DNA of 64,000 bases from Sphaerodactylus townsendi (Eukaryota): assembly GCF_021028975.2 (NCBI RefSeq), contig NC_059434.1, forward strand, positions 23,188,001-23,252,000, read 5' to 3'. A program made the translations under genes and the position numbers. Below are positions 23,796-37,074 of the stretch, piece by piece; position 1 is the stretch's first letter; each line of letters opens with the position of its first letter. A model generated the notes under the pieces. It saw only the letters and a list, made by a program, of their open reading frames with translations, was not told the DNA's origin and ran no database searches.

Positions 23796-24259
23796 TGTGT
23801 CTGCACCATTCAAGAACTTTTCCAAAACGCTTAAAATTAACTTTTTTTTCATGACACTGGAGAGGATTTTCTTCCATTTCACTTTCACTGTTACCATCAT
23901 GAGATTTTTTGAAAACATCACAATTGTTGGCTTTTTATTTTTTACGTACATGTATACAGCAGCTTCACTTGTGCAGTTTGCTTTAGCGTTCTAATATCTG
24001 CTAAAACATGTACAGACTACAGCTTTGATATAGAAAATAAAAATTCAACTGGCACCTTCATCAGATATCTGACAGAATGAGCTCTGGCTAATGTTAGCTC
24101 TTAGCCTGGAAAAGGTTCTGGTACCGACTCAAATTTGTTCTGGTACCACAGACTAACACTTCTACCCACCTGAAACTACCTTCAGTATAGAAAGTGTGCT
24201 TTGCATATTTAAATTCATTGGTACAGCTCCCGGCATGTCTAATTAAAGGATTTTGGGTG

Positions 24260-24368
24260 TGATACTCAAAGTGGGCAATATTGGACTAGGCAGAACAATG
24301 ATACTCAAACTGGGCAATATTGGACTGTGATACTCAAAGTGGGCAATATTGGACTAGGCAGAACAATG
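24260..24368 (+). repeat. complex local tandem duplication (TGATACTCAAAGTGGGCAATATTGGACT x3)
   Basis: Direct reading. Confidence 0.9.
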
Positions 24369-24833
24369 GTGTTTATTATAAGGCACGTTCATATGTTGTT
24401 TTTGTACCTCGGGAACTGAATTCCAGGTACTAAATGTATGGAGACAACATGTACAGAAATTGGTATTTTGTCAGCAAAATATATGTGAGGCCAGTGAAGT
24501 ATACTATTCTGCATATTTTTATATTGAAAAAGGTGAATTAGACAGATATATCCAAGCAGAGAGAGAGAGTACAGAAACTAGAAAGACTGTGAGGTGGGGA
24601 AAAAAGTAGAGACTTAAGTGTCTGATGATCTTCACTGGTGATGCTGTGACAGTTCATGTGACTTGGCTGAGCTTCTTATTTGCGGGGAACTTGCTGGTTG
24701 TCTATGGCATGACTTTCCAAAGACAAAGAATGTCTTCAGATGATATTTCCGCCACTTTACCAAATGTGCTTCGGGAATTCCAATTTTTATTTTACATTAA
24801 AGTTATATCTCTGGTGTTGATTTTCTCTTGCAG

Positions 24834-24929
24834 TCTTGAAGAAGCCCAGTTGGCTCTTGAAGACACAAAGACCAAATCAGCCACCACTCTTTTGGCAGCA
24901 GAGGATGAAATAGTTCAGCTAAAAACAGA
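24834..24929 (+). CDS. SPATA18: SPATA18 exon 5 (LEEAQLALEDTKTKSATTLLAAEDEIVQLKT)
   Basis: LLAAEDEI motif; CAG| acceptor, |GTAAGA donor. Confidence 0.95.
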
Positions 24930-25225
24930 GTAAGAACGATATGGTGCAGGGCGGCTGTCATTGCAAAGCTGGGTTCAGGTGTACTTTACTGTGTCTTTGT
25001 TCCTGTTGTGCATTGCTACTTGTTGTTCTCAATTGTTCTAGGCATATAGGGATGAGCCCTCCCACTAGTTTCTATAAATGTGAAAGAAGCTAGGTTGTGT
25101 AATGTTACCTCTGTTTATGAAAGTGTTGTGGCTGTTAGATTTTTTAAAATGTATATTTAAATCTGGTAATGTAGCAGAGTGCCCAAAGGCTATTGTACTT
25201 TGCAAAGCCCATCTAGTCTCTCTGT

Positions 25226-25660
25226 GGGCACTTTCGCACATGCAGAATAATGCACTTTCAATCCACTTCCAATGCACTTTGCAACTGTATTTTATGGGCC
25301 TTTCCCCACTTACCTTAAGCCCCGCGCTACTTGAGGAGAGTAGCGCGGGGTCCCCCGGCACTCCCCACGAGAGGAGCGGCGACAGTGCAGCCGCTCTGAC
25401 GCTGCCGCTGTCGTGCCCCCTTGGCACGTGGCATCCCTGGCGCTCTTGCAAAGGGCGCCTTTTGATGACCCCACGCAGAGCGCAGGGTCGTGGGGACGCC
25501 CGGGCGCACGCCAGGGATGCCGCACGCTGAGAGCAGCGCGCGGCATAGGGGGGATAGGGGAGAGTGGGGAAACGCCCTATGTGTAAAATTGCAAAATCCA
25601 CTTGCAAACAATTGTTAAAGTACATTGAAAGTGGATTATTCTGCATGTACGAAAGTGCCC
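25226..25660. mobile_element. Harbinger-type MITE (TSD TGT) containing a nested GC-rich Harbinger-type MITE at 25296-25577 (TSD TAT)
   Basis: Both TIR pairs and both 3-bp TSDs are visible; the inner element is the same family as 49846-50121. Confidence 0.88.
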
Positions 25661-25959
25661 TGTGTGCCAGGAACAAAATTACTCTGGGCTGGTTTATCTA
25701 TTCAAATTAGTATTGCAGAACTGTTCAATAAAATAGCAGTGGACAGTGAAGATAAAAATAATAATGCTATGAGTCTAAGCTAATCACATTTGTAAGCATT
25801 GGTTCAAGATTGAGATGTTACCCAACTGAGTCCAACAGGGTTCCAAAGTCTGAACCAGGTTTTCTGGTCAGTGTGACACACGCAGAATCAAGAAGTGCCC
25901 CATAGTCAGATGTAATCCAGACACAGGGCAAAGCTAGAATGAAAGATATTTCTCATATG

Positions 25960-26091
25960 TTCCCACTTTGGCCTGATTCTAGTTAACCAATCAAATGTAT
26001 AGCTGATTATGTATATTGACCAACATTTTCCCACTTTGGCCTGATTCTAGTTAACCAATCAAATGTATAGCTGATTATGTATATTGACCAA
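25960..26091 (+). repeat. perfect 64-bp tandem duplication (period 68)
   Basis: TTCCCACTTTGGCC...ATTGACCAA occurs twice. Confidence 0.9.
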
Positions 26092-26299
26092 TGTAGTATA
26101 TTGTTATCCAGGGAATTCAACCAATCAGATGAGTTTGCCAACTAGACCAAATGCCCTGCAGCTGCATTGGGTTTAATTAAGCAAGCATCTTCTTTCACCT
26201 GTGAGCTTGGACATTAGTGATATGGGATGTGTCCTCCTTAATTTTTATGGCCTTTTGAGGCCTTGAAATTTGCCAGGCTTAATGGAAAAACTGACAGGG

Positions 26300-26548
26300 A
26301 TGGTAGAGATGTCAGCCTCCAGGTGAGACCTGGGGATCCTCTGGAATTTCATCTCATCTCCAGACTACAGAGATCAGTTCCCCTAGAGGAAATGGATGCT
26401 TTGGAGGGCAGACTCTATGGCATTGTATACTACTGAGATCCCTGTCCTCCCCAGGCTCCACTCCCAAATCCCTAGGAGTTTCCCAACCTAGATCTGGCAT
26501 ACTTATCCCCTATCCCCTGCCATTGGCCAAGGGGTCTTGGCAACCATA
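26300..26548. mobile_element. abundant interspersed repeat with (T)AGGGTTGCC/GGCAACC ends; relatives at 9903-10050 and 40585-40945
   Basis: Shared CATCTCCAGACTAC...GATGCTTTGGAGGG...GATCTGGCA text between copies. Confidence 0.6.
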
Positions 26549-27469
26549 CTGGATGGATTACCTCACCGCTCCCTTAACTGGATCTATGAAGCTTGACCTA
26601 AGTTTTTAGAGAGAAAAGCTTCCATATTTTCTAGGTCTTGGCCTAAACACATTATCTGAATTTAACAAAAATGCTGCTTACAGGGATCAAGTTTCTTGAC
26701 TGGGCATCTTGCCTCCTGCCTTGCAAGGATGTTTTGAGGAACAGCAGGATGACAGGCAAGGCAATTTCATTCAGCGTTGAAGAAGGTTTCTTGTTAGCAC
26801 ATGTTCAGAGCTCCCCTCTCCCTGCCACAGTTTTTCTTTGCCTTCTCTCTCCCTCTGCCTGGACTGGTAGCTACCCTCCAGTCCTGCCTGTTGGCCCTTC
26901 AGTGCTCCATGCACACTTGAAGCATAGAACCCTTCTTCCCAGAGAAGCTCTTTATCATCTCACTCAACCCCCACCCTGCCAGATCTCCACTGCCTTATGT
27001 ATACCCTTCCATCATGGATTTCCGTCTGTCCGAGCTAACCTGTTTGGGAATCTTTGTGCGGTGATTTCAGGCAAGGAGTATTGGTCAGCAGCTGGTGAGA
27101 TTGGGGTGGCTGGGTCAGGCAGAGAGAGAGGAGGGGAAAAGAAAAGAAGAAATGGCAAGAGAGACTTTTTCTAGGAAGTGGGTTTCATGTAAGTCACCAG
27201 AGAACCTACTAAGTGCTGATTCCTATGGCTGCAAACCTCTGCTCTGCTTGATAAAAAAGCCTTATCAAGCACCTTAGTTCTGAAGCACACACAAGCTTGA
27301 GCTGCAAGTCAAATGTAGCTGCAGTTACTCACATTTCTTCCTTGTCTTCTGTATTATGCACTTTCTTTTCTTCTTTATCCAAACTCCTTTACTCCTTTAA
27401 TCCTTGTACTTTTATCAGCTTCCTTCTGCCGATTTGTGTTTTCTGATATTTTATTGGATTTTTAACATT

Positions 27470-28127
27470 GGTCTTTTCCACACAACCAGAATAAAATATT
27501 TTCAAGCAGGAAATAAAACATTTGCTTTTGGAGTTCCGCATGGGTCCCCCCCCCCACGTTCTGAAAATGTTTTATTTTCAGTCTCAACATGTTTTAAATT
27601 AATCCTCTTTTATAATGTCTTGAGTCTGAAAAGTTTTCAAAATGTTGTCTCTTTGCAGTGCAGGCAAGCAGGAAACGTTTTATTTCACCTATTCAAATTT
27701 GTAGCTCCATGTCCCTTTTCTGTTCTGCTACTTTCAATTCTCTGACTGTCTGCCAATTTATGCTGATTCTAAAATTTCCTAAGTACATTTTCTCATTTGC
27801 CATCATGGCGGTCCGCCATTTACATTCATTATAGTCTGCATATTAAATGGATGCGCTGTTTCCCTCCCTTTTAAAAATCCTCTTTGGAGATTTGATGCTA
27901 TAGATTCAAATGATTGAAGTCTCTTTGAAGTATCAAATCCATGCATATTGTTTTTTAAAAAAGGACATTTTTTTCAGTGAAATGTTTTATTTTGATGAGC
28001 TAAAATGTTTGCAGAATGTTTTAAAAGGCAGAATGCAGACAAAACGGTTGAAACAATAGTTTTCAAAAACTATTCTGCAAATGTTTTCAAAAGCTATTCT
28101 TTTAAATGCCTTGTTAAAAAAGGGGCC
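27470..28127. mobile_element. AT-rich Harbinger-type non-autonomous element
   Basis: Degenerate TIR GGTCTTTTCCACAC / AAAAGGGGCC; TSD ATT; sub-terminal AAAATGTTTT repeats. Confidence 0.6.
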
Positions 28128-28201
28128 ATTGTAAGTCTTTTTGGACACACTAGTATGGAGGGACGAGGTATGAACATTTCAGCTAAACAAATATAGCACC
28201 A

Positions 28202-28380
28202 ATGTATTGTCGAAGGCTTTCACGGCTGGATTCAACTGGTTGTTGTGTGTTTTCCGGGCTGTGTGGCCATGGTGTGGTAGATCTTGTTCCTAACCTTTCG
28301 CCTGCCACAGATGCAGGTGAAACATTAGGAACAAGATCTACCAGACCACGGCCACATAGCCTGGAAAACCCACAACAGCC
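28202..28380. mobile_element. Penelope-like inverted pseudo-LTR pair, centre deleted
   Basis: Fold-back structure; same start motif as 1963 and 59535. Confidence 0.75.
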
Positions 28381-28933
28381 AAATATAGCACCACTTTGAT
28401 TATGGATATATGATGCTGCCTTATTTTGAGTCAGCTCCCAGGAAGAAGTTCTTTACACCTGATTATTTTAACTGCAGAAGCTGGGGACCGGACCCGTGAC
28501 CTTCTCCATGCAAAAGAGATGCTCTACCACTGAACCATAACCCTTTCCAATATAATTTATATTTTATTGTTTTCATCCCAATGTTACAGATGGAGGCTTA
28601 GAAAGAAATTGCTTCTCAAATCCAACTAGCATGTTCATGACTAGTGGAAACTGGAACCAGGGACTTCCTGATTTTCAGCAGATGTTCTTAACCGCTGTGC
28701 TACATAATTAGATACCTTCATTCTTGTTGTAGTATTATAGCTTAATTTCTAATGGAAGAGTTACCTGTTTAAGCACTGTTATACCTCTACAAGCCCGCTG
28801 GTTTCAATTATATTTTTCACTTAGAAAAATATAATTCTGTTTAGGACTGCACTGTAAGAAATTTCACACTGCTATTGAATGAAGTGAATCGGCAAGTTTA
28901 AATATCAAATGTGCAATTCTGTAAATATGAGTA

Positions 28934-29297
28934 TAGTTATCCCTTCCACATTGCTGCGGTTAGGGGTGAGCTCCCTCCATGATCTGTAAATCTGCATAAA
29001 TTTTTTTGGCCCTCCTTTTGTACCAGAGGAGGAGTCTGAATTTTTTCTTTTTCTTTTCTTTTAATTTTAAAAAAGAATTTGTGAATTAAGAGATGAAATA
29101 TGTTGATATTATGCAATAGTATACATTTATTTTATGAATTTATGAATTTCTAAACTTTTGTTGTGTCATTCACGCCTTTTTGTGTTGTCTGCAGCTTCCT
29201 CAAAATTCCCCCCAAAACTTCCCATTTAATTGCTTATGCTGACCTGCGTTAAATCAAAATTGTGATGGGAAAAGTTGCGATATGGAAGTGATAACTG
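28934..29297. mobile_element. Tc1/mariner (Tigger/pogo-like) MITE
   Basis: TIR (C/T)AGTTATC(C/A)CTTCCA; TA on both flanks. Confidence 0.7.
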
Positions 29298-29428
29298 TAG
29301 ACATTAAATGCCATTTTAGTTTTCCTCTGCTGTGTTTTAGTAACTGGAGTTCTTTCTAGTATAGATTGAAAAGCATGCTGTTTTGTGGTTAGAAGCACCT
29401 CTTTCAATCAGATTTTTGTGTGGTTTAG

Positions 29429-29563
29429 TTTAAAGGCATATCAGGCAAAAGAAGAATGCGCTTTGAGGAGCCTGGAGAAGTTGAGTGACTATGAGCAGCA
29501 GGTTCAGACACTGAAGGACGAGATTGCCATCCTTGGTGCTCAAAAATCTGTTTTGCAAAGCAG
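29429..29563 (+). CDS. SPATA18: SPATA18 exon 6 (LKAYQAKEECALRSLEKLSDYEQQVQTLKDEIAILGAQKSVLQS)
   Basis: ORF 29385..29567; TAG| acceptor, |GTAGGG donor. Confidence 0.94.
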
Positions 29564-30085
29564 GTAGGGACCTTCCTCTGGCTTGAGGGGCCACTAAACA
29601 ACAATTTCACTATATTAATGAAGGTGTCTAAAAGTGCTATCCTTCAAACTAGGATGGTATATGTTGAGGTTCTGTTGAAGAGGAAGAATTGCATCCTTCT
29701 TATTTTGGGGGAAGAAACACTGATGTGTTTATGAAAGTGGGTTTGAAAAGAATGTTGAATGAGAGAAGCATAGCAATATGGAAAAAAGTTATGAGAGAGA
29801 GACTGGCTATTTTGTACTTCCTGGGAGAAACTAGGAATTGGACAAGAGCTTTCTGTTTCTCTTTAGATGGGCCACAGATTGGGAAAGCTCTGTAAAAAAT
29901 TTATTCAAATAAAGCTTGAAGTTTGTTTGAAGAAAAAGAGTGCCTTTTGATAATGCTAGCAAGAACAAAATTTGAAACAAGATACCATAGCTTGGTTGAC
30001 AAACTGAAGGAAACTGCAGCCCAGAACAATGGAATACCTCATTATTATTATTTTGCAATTAATGATTATGATGAGTTAAACAAAA

Positions 30086-30565
30086 GGCTGTTTCCGCACT
30101 GCCACACTGGGGGGTGAATCTGCGTATACAACGCCGACACACACACCCCGGGACCGTTTGCACGAACAGTCCCGGTAGGGGCAGGGAAGATGGTGCAGCG
30201 CTGTGCCGTCGCCCGATCGACGTACCTCCCCTGCGACCTTCCGGCGCATCGCCCAGGCCAGGGGACACGCCCCCCTGCCCTGCCCGACAGCTCTGGAGTT
30301 GCAGGACGGGAGGTGTGTCCCCAGGGCTGGGTGACGCACCCGAAGGTCGCAGGGAAGGTACGTCGATCAGGAAAGGGGGGGATGGCGCCTTCCAGCTGCT
30401 GCCGTTCGCACGGGGGAGAGAGGTTTGGAAACTGGCTTCGCACCACTGGGGGGGAGCGAGGGGGGCGCGGCTGCAATGCAACTGCGCCCCCCATGCGAAC
30501 AACTCCCTAGGGACAGCGTTTTTGCGGTCCCTAGGGCGCTGTAAATGGCCCGTGCGGAAAGGGCC
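30086..30565. mobile_element. GC-rich Harbinger-type MITE with internal inverted repeats
   Basis: TIR GGNNNTTTCCGCAC; TSD AAA; CpG-rich. Confidence 0.8.
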
Positions 30566-30718
30566 AAAGATTTTCCTCAAGGATCCTAATGTTATTGATA
30601 GAATGATAATAATAATTTGCACTGTTATTATTGACTGTGTCCATATTTCTTTAAATTCTAGTCCTTGAGGGAGTCATCTAGATCAGTCTTCACTTAAGGT
30701 CATTTTGAAATGTTACAG

Positions 30719-30956
30719 GCTTGCGCGAAGTCGATCCCCTTCTCCAAGATCGATCCGAAGTAGATCCCCTAGTCCACTTCCAATCAAGAGCATTTCTCCG
30801 GGCAGATCCAGACTTACGAATACATCCCGTCATGCTCACCTTGTGGAACGCTTCAGAGACATTTATGCTCAAGCGCGCTTAGATGCTCAAACCCTCCTGA
30901 GGAGCTATATTGATGATCTGGAAATGGTGCAGAGAATAATCTATGTGGCGGCTGTG
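30719..30956 (+). CDS. SPATA18: SPATA18 exon 7 (LARSRSPSPRSIRSRSPSP...ARLDAQTLLRSYIDDLEMVQRIIYVAAV)
   Basis: ORF 30705..31070; RS-rich disordered region followed by the RLDAQ motif; CAG| acceptor, |GTATGG donor. Confidence 0.96.
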
Positions 30957-31456
30957 GTATGGAAATCTAACATTGTACTAACTTATAAACAAAAATGTAT
31001 CATTTTTATATCTGCTAGAATAAATATCATTTGGTTTAGTAACTTTCTCTTAAGTACAGGAACTACTTGAGTCAAGTCTTGTTGACCCTAAAAGTATTAT
31101 TTCAGCTATAGAGGAATTTAAAAATCAAACATGATCAGCAGACTGACCTGAAGATGCATGGCACCAGTGTACGGGTCTTAGGATGGGGTGTGATATGGTT
31201 GGGTCAATGATTCATTTGTAAAACATGCTGTTGAAGTGATAAGATGGCAGAAAGTAGTGTGACTTATTGGGCTCAAGTTCCAGAGACCATTCATTTGAGG
31301 TCACAGACTGGGCCCAGATGCATGATTCAAATCTCCACATATTTATTTCTAGGTAAGTAGCAGGAAGGCGTGTAGTAAATAGTACAAATAAACTTGAGTC
31401 TACTTCTGGCTTGTTTTTCCTGAACTGCTTGATGTAACTACCTGTTCTATTTATAG

Positions 31457-31615
31457 GAGTCTTTCCATGCAGCAAAGAAGGCCTTCAGGCAGTTCAAGAT
31501 GCGTGTAAGAAAGGCATTGTCCCTAAGTTTCTCAGGGACTGAGTCAGTCGAAGACAGAGTAATGGACTATATTATACGCCAAGAAGATCTATATGATGTT
31601 CAGTACAGTGTCAAT
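31457..31615 (+). CDS. SPATA18: SPATA18 exon 8 (ESFHAAKKAFRQFKMRVRK...DLYDVQYSVN)
   Basis: Translated by hand; TAG| acceptor, |GTAAGT donor; 159 nt. Confidence 0.96.
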
Positions 31616-31770
31616 GTAAGTTTGCAAGCAAGCTATGTTCCTCTTATGTCCTGTTTAGCTTAATGAAGCATGCATATTTCAATATTGTTGGACTTAAGTA
31701 CATGATGCTTTTTAAAAATCAGGCACAGAAGTGGGGCTCTTCTGCATGCAAACGATACAACCACAGCTCT

Positions 31771-32341
31771 GCAGCAGTGGCGTAGGAGGTTAAGAGCTCG
31801 TGTATCTAATCTGGAGGAACTGGGTTTGATTCCCAGCTCTGCCACCTGAGCTGTGAAGGCTTATCTGGGGAATTCAGATTAGCCTGTGCACTCCCACACA
31901 TGCCAGCTGAGTGACCTTGGGCTAGTCACAGCTTCTCAGCCCCACCTACCTCACAGGGTGTTTGTTGTGAGGGGGGAAGGGCAAGGAGATTGTAAGCCCC
32001 TTTGAGTCTCCTGCAGGAGAGAAAGGGGGGTATAAATCCAAACTCTTCTTCTTCTTCTTCTGCCGCTTGAGCTATGGAGGCTTATCTGGTGATTAGCTTG
32101 TGCACTCCAACACATTCCAGCTGGCCCTTGGGCTAGTCACAGTTTCTCGGACCTCAGCCCCACCCACCTCACAGGGTGTTTGTTGTGGGGGGTGGGGAGG
32201 GAAAGGAGATTGTAAGTCCCTTTGAGTCTCCTATAGGAGAGAAAGGGAGGATATAAATCCAAACCCCTCCTCCCTCCCCCTCTCCCTCCTCCCCTCTTTC
32301 TTCTTCTTCTTCTTCTTCTTCTTCTTCTTCTTCTTCTTCTT

Positions 32342-32389
<48 letters not shown>

Positions 32390-32390
32390 T
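31771..32390 (+). mobile_element. tRNA-derived SINE (CORE/MIR-like squamate family): full copy plus a tandem 5'-truncated copy with (TTC)n(TAC)n tail
   Basis: Pol III A-box TGGCGTAGGAGG and B-box GGTTTGATTCC; seven related copies in the window. Confidence 0.85.
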
Positions 32391-32889
32391 AATATTTGGG
32401 TAATCAGTGAATTTTCTGGTGTGGTTTCATTTTTTAGAAAGAGTAAACCAATTTTTAAAATTCTTTTTCTCTTGTACTTATGGGCCATCTTTCTACCAAG
32501 ATGCACCTTCAAATACCAAAATGAGTATTAAATGCTCCTATAAAATAATGGCAGTCTAAATAGCAGCAGCACAAGGTCCCTGTCCAATAATAGTCAAACA
32601 ATTAATAAATTCAAAATAAATACAGGCTAAAGAGTTACCAAACTTAGGGATAGAAGATAATATAAAATATACCCAAGCTGTTAATATAGAAACAAAAAAA
32701 GCAGCAGTTTAACCAGACGTGTACATATAATGATATGCTAATAAAAATACAGGGTCCACGTGATGGATATGTTAACTCATTTGTCTTTTTTAGCTGTATG
32801 CACGTCAATGTTCAGAAAAGAGTTCATCTCCTTGAGTCTCAACTAGGGGTAATAACCAAAACTTATTTTATGCCAAATGATGGTGTTGG

Positions 32890-33250
32890 AAAGGGCCATC
32901 AAGTTGCAACCGTCTTATGCAGTGATGGGATTCAAATAATTTAACAACTGGTTCCGGTGGTGGGATTCAAATAATTTAACAACTGGTTGTTTACAAGCCG
33001 AAGTGGTGCAAACCTGCCGAATCCCACCACTGGTCTTATGGCAGCTCTGTAGGGTTTTCAAGGCAAGAGAAAAATAGAGGTGGTTTGCCATTGTCTGCTT
33101 CTGCATAGCATAGCATTTCTTTGATCTCCCTGGACATCCTTGGTCTCTCAACCACCATCCTTGATGGTCTCCCATCCAAAATACTAACAAGGGCTGACTT
33201 CTTAATTTCTAAGATCTAGGGAGATCAGGCGACAATGGTCCAACCACATC
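32890..33250 (-). mobile_element. 5S rRNA-derived SINE, reverse, split by a hAT MITE
   Basis: GGTCTCCCATCCAA..TACTAAC is the reverse of the 5S internal promoter. Confidence 0.7.
32920..33032. mobile_element. hAT MITE (CAGTGGTGGGATTC family) inside a reverse 5S-headed SINE
   Basis: Perfect TSD GTCTTATG; internal duplication of its left end. Confidence 0.9.
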
Positions 33251-33322
33251 AGGGACTTATGTAGAACAATATCTATTAATTATTATATTTTAATGTTGTT
33301 GTCACAGTGGGGTATTATATTA

Positions 33323-33811
33323 GGCAGTTTCTGCACGGGGAAACAACAGCGCTCCAGGGACGGAAAAAAACGGTTCCTGGGGCACTGTTCGCACAGGAGG
33401 TGCTGCTGCATCGCAGCAGTGCCGTCCTGGTTCCCCTGAAGTGGCGCAAAGACGCCGCTTCCAAAACTCGCTCGGGGGGGTGAGTTTTTTGGAATACGCC
33501 GGTTGCCACCTGTTGCCGAGCGAACAGTTGCCCACCTTTTCCCTGCCTTGCGTCACTTTGAGGAGGGAAGGGGACACACCTCCTTGCCTCTGTTGCTTCA
33601 GCCTTCGCTCAGGGGGCGTGTCCCCTGATCTACTCAGAGCGATGGAAGGCAGGGGAAAGGTAGGCAGCTGTTTGGGGGGCTGTGCGGCTGTGTGGAGCGT
33701 GCTCCGCCAGCAGTGCAGCCTATGGGGCTGTTTGTGCGAACAGCCCAAGGGCTTGCATCGGCATCAATCATGCCGATGCAAGCCCTCAAGCCTGGCTGTG
33801 CAGAAACCGCC
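33323..33811. mobile_element. GC-rich Harbinger-type MITE
   Basis: TIR GGC(A/G)GTTTCTGCAC; flanks TTA/TAA. Confidence 0.78.
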
Positions 33812-34338
33812 TAAGATAAACAATATAAAAACCTTATAAATAAGCAATAGCAGCTCCCTGTTTCTCTTAACTGACATGGGCCATGTAAGGAAACAGTTAT
33901 CTGAAAACAGCAGAAAAACTATTAACAACTATGATAATTTAGAGGGCGTAGGAAAGCCATGCTCACACCCCCTTTCTTAATCACAAAAGCCTAAATAATG
34001 ACATGGTAATAAATATAGCGATCTGAACTCTGGAGAACTGTGAGATAAAAAATATTTGTATACCAAATGATGTCTGCATTCTAAGCAGCACAGTGCAAAA
34101 TGACCTGCAACTGATGTCAGCATATTTAGGGAGGTACTTAAAATACAGGGTGTTTTTTTTAATTTAAAGCATAATGTCCTACAGTATCTTAATACAACAT
34201 TGCCCTTATTCCAAAGTGAGCTTGAAGAGGTTAAAGTAACGGGAGTCTTATGCATATCTCTAACTGGGAAAAAGTTTTGTATCTTCAGGTTTGTTGTTTC
34301 CTCTGGAAACTGACAATCTCTCTTCCATTTACTTTTAG

Positions 34339-34514
34339 GAAGTAATTAACGCAATGAACATCCACCCTAGGATTTCCTTTCCACCAGAAGTTGATTTTAT
34401 CATGATCAGCAGCTTAATACGAGAGTTGTGCCGTGTAGCCTTTTCAATGCAAACCTTGGATCCTCCACTTGATATTTCATTTGCTACTGAGGGAGAACTT
34501 TTTAATGAGTACAA
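34339..34514 (+). CDS. SPATA18: SPATA18 exon 9 (EVINAMNIHPRISFPPEVDF...MQTLDPPLDISFATEGELFNEY)
   Basis: Translated by hand; conserved MIEAP C-terminal domain; TAG| acceptor, |GTAAGT donor. Confidence 0.96.
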
Positions 34515-35897
34515 GTAAGTGAAAGACAGTCTTGTGTGAAGGCTGACGGGTACAAAAGATATTGGATTGAATCCTAAGTTTCCATTTTGCTAACAGTGGA
34601 TTGTTCATGCCTCTTCCATTGCAGCAAGGCTCTTTGTGTTGGTGGAAGGTTCTTTGCATTGGATGAAGGTCCCACCACTAACAGCATGGAAAACTTTGGA
34701 ACCAACTCACAGTCATGGCTCTCCCTGAGAACATGCTATATGTGTATAGACTCTGAGGATTGCAAATTCTGTTTGCATGTGTTCAATCAGATGCAATCAT
34801 TAGTTGAGTAGATTATTGAGTAGTTGCGATACTAAGGAAGTACAAAGAGTGTAATATTTTCCACCATAGGTTTCTTTGAGCACATTTGACCCACAGTGGC
34901 CCATTCAGCATTATATACTGCAATGGCTAGCTGCCTAAAAGGACCCATCAACTTATAGATTTAAATCACAGGGAGGCAATTAAAGGGGAAATGATGAGGG
35001 AACAGTTTGAGTGTGCTTATAGCAGCATATACTGGCATATACCAATGGCACTACTGATGTGAAAAGGATTGCCAAAGGCTATTAGGTCGATGTAACCTGG
35101 CAATGTGTACTCCAAGGAAACCAGGTCTCTTTCTTTTCTTGGGTGGCATCCAGCACTGTGTAAGTGCTCAAGTCCTCACCACTGCTGGGCTAGTAGAAGC
35201 ACTGTTAGGTTAGTAGATTCCTTACAGACAATATTGTGATTTCAGTTTGGGGCAGTGAAACAGAAAGAATTGTCCTAGATCAACATTTAAAAAAACCCCA
35301 AAACATTCAATTTTTACCATACCATATTTCTTACCAGGATGCAATATTTGCAATCACGGCAAAGAAAATTTGAACCTGGTTTGTGGGGAAATAGATGTAC
35401 CCAAATGCTTTTTAAAAATTGTGATACCTTTTGACTAATATCTCATGAATCTGTACATGATTTCTGTATTTTATTAATGTGTTTGCATGTGGAGTTGTTT
35501 ATTTTCACCATCAATTTTAACCTGTTTTGCTTTGCTATAGCAATAAAGTTTGATCTAGACAATTGATTTTTACCAGCAAAAATGGGGAAAAGAGTGAACA
35601 AAGATGTAGTCAAGAAAACATTTCAAAGAATTCCTTTGTTAGAGATTCTGCCATTTCTGGGGTTGTCATGATGGTTAGCAAAATACATATTTGGGGAAGA
35701 TGTTCTAGTTCAATAATATACACAGAGAATTCTCAAAGTTGGTGGTGGGTGTTAGTGAGATTATTTGTAATGCGAGATTATTTTTGTGCTGATAATACTG
35801 GACTAGTGACAAAAAACATCAATGCAAGTGGGACACACTGAAACCTAATGAGTTTAAATCCTTGTTAACTCATTTGATGTTCCTTGTGCCCAATTAG

Positions 35898-36021
35898 GTA
35901 CCGTCGCAGCTTTGACTCCGATTTCACAGCTCCGCTTGTCGCCTATCATGTGTGGCCTACTCTTATGGAGAATGATTCCGTCATTGTAAAGGGAGAGGTA
36001 GTCACAAGACGAGGTGCTCTG
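35898..36021 (+). CDS. SPATA18: SPATA18 exon 10 ([41 protein letters not shown])
   Basis: ORF 35884..36186; the most conserved MIEAP motif; TAG| acceptor, |GTAAGA donor. Confidence 0.98.
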
Positions 36022-36343
36022 GTAAGAGCTCTATTTGGATATTTTTATATTTTCAGCACGGAGGCCCAGAGGCCTGAGCTGTTTAAACAAAACCATTGGC
36101 CTTCCGTTCCTGCAACCAAGCAGATCATTAACGGTTTTGCCTCTAAATTATTTCTACATTTTCTTTCTTTGATGATAGCGAAGTAGGCAGAAGAGCAGAT
36201 CCAGGAGTCTCTGTCTCTGCTTGCTATTCAGTATTACTGGACTGGGGTGATATCTTTGTGAGTATTAAACTGGTTAGTAATGAAACATAAGGGCCAAATT
36301 ACATGTGATTCTGGGAGTCCTATGTGTGGAGCTCCCAGACGTT

Positions 36344-36600
36344 GAGAGCCAGTGTGGTGTAGTGGTTAAGAATGGTGGACTCTAATCTGGAGAGAGGGGT
36401 TTGATTCCCCACTCCTCCATATGAAGCCTGCTGGGTGACCTTGGGCTAGTCACAGTTCTCTGAGAACTCTCTCAGCCCATCTATTTCACAAGGTGTCTGT
36501 TGTGGGAAGTGGAAGAGAAGGAGTTTATAAGTTGCTTTGAGACTCCTTATGATTGAGAAAGCAGGCTATAAATTCAAACTCCTCCTCTTTCTTCTTCCTC
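36344..36600 (+). mobile_element. tRNA-derived SINE
   Basis: TGGTGTAGTGG / GGTTTGATTCC head, shared body, TTC-rich tail. Confidence 0.85.
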
Positions 36601-36975
36601 AACAGATGCAGAGAGCCCTGATTTGTACAGGAATCACTGCAGGGAATGGGAATTTACCCTCAGTGTCATGTCTTTAACTTGACATGTCCCCTGCAATGGT
36701 CTGGGGACACCACAATCTCAATCTTTATCTAGGCCCTTAAAAAGAACAGAAGTCTAGGTGTTCTGAAATAAATGCTCATGAATACTGTCATGCCAAGGTA
36801 CAAACTATGGCTTTATATTTTACACGGGACTGGAAATGTCTAATTTCTGTATTGTGCTGCATTTGGACTAAAAATGTATTAAAGTCTTTTTAAACATACA
36901 AAGACCGTGCAGTTAACCACAGAGAATGCTTCCTGCTTAATGTAGATCTGTTTCATATTCTGTATTCTGTTTTAG

Positions 36976-37074
36976 TGGTCTCACAGGAGTAGGAGCCGAA
37001 GTAGAGGCCGGAGCCAGACTCGTAGCCGCAGCTTGAGCCCTCTGTCTCATGGTGCAGACCACTCCCGGCACTTG
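36976..37074 (+). CDS. SPATA18: SPATA18 exon 11 (WSHRSRSRSRGRSQTRSRSLSPLSHGADHSRHL)
   Basis: RSRSLSP motif; TAG| acceptor, |GTAAAA donor; 99 nt. Confidence 0.88.

Noticed and set aside
24260-24368. CRISPR-like spaced repeats (also 7131-7200 and 41560-41632)
   Set aside because: Eukaryotic DNA, 2-3 units, no unique spacers or cas genes; these are simple slippage duplications.
31771-31850. tRNA gene
   Set aside because: The A/B boxes belong to a multi-copy SINE head; no cloverleaf evident.
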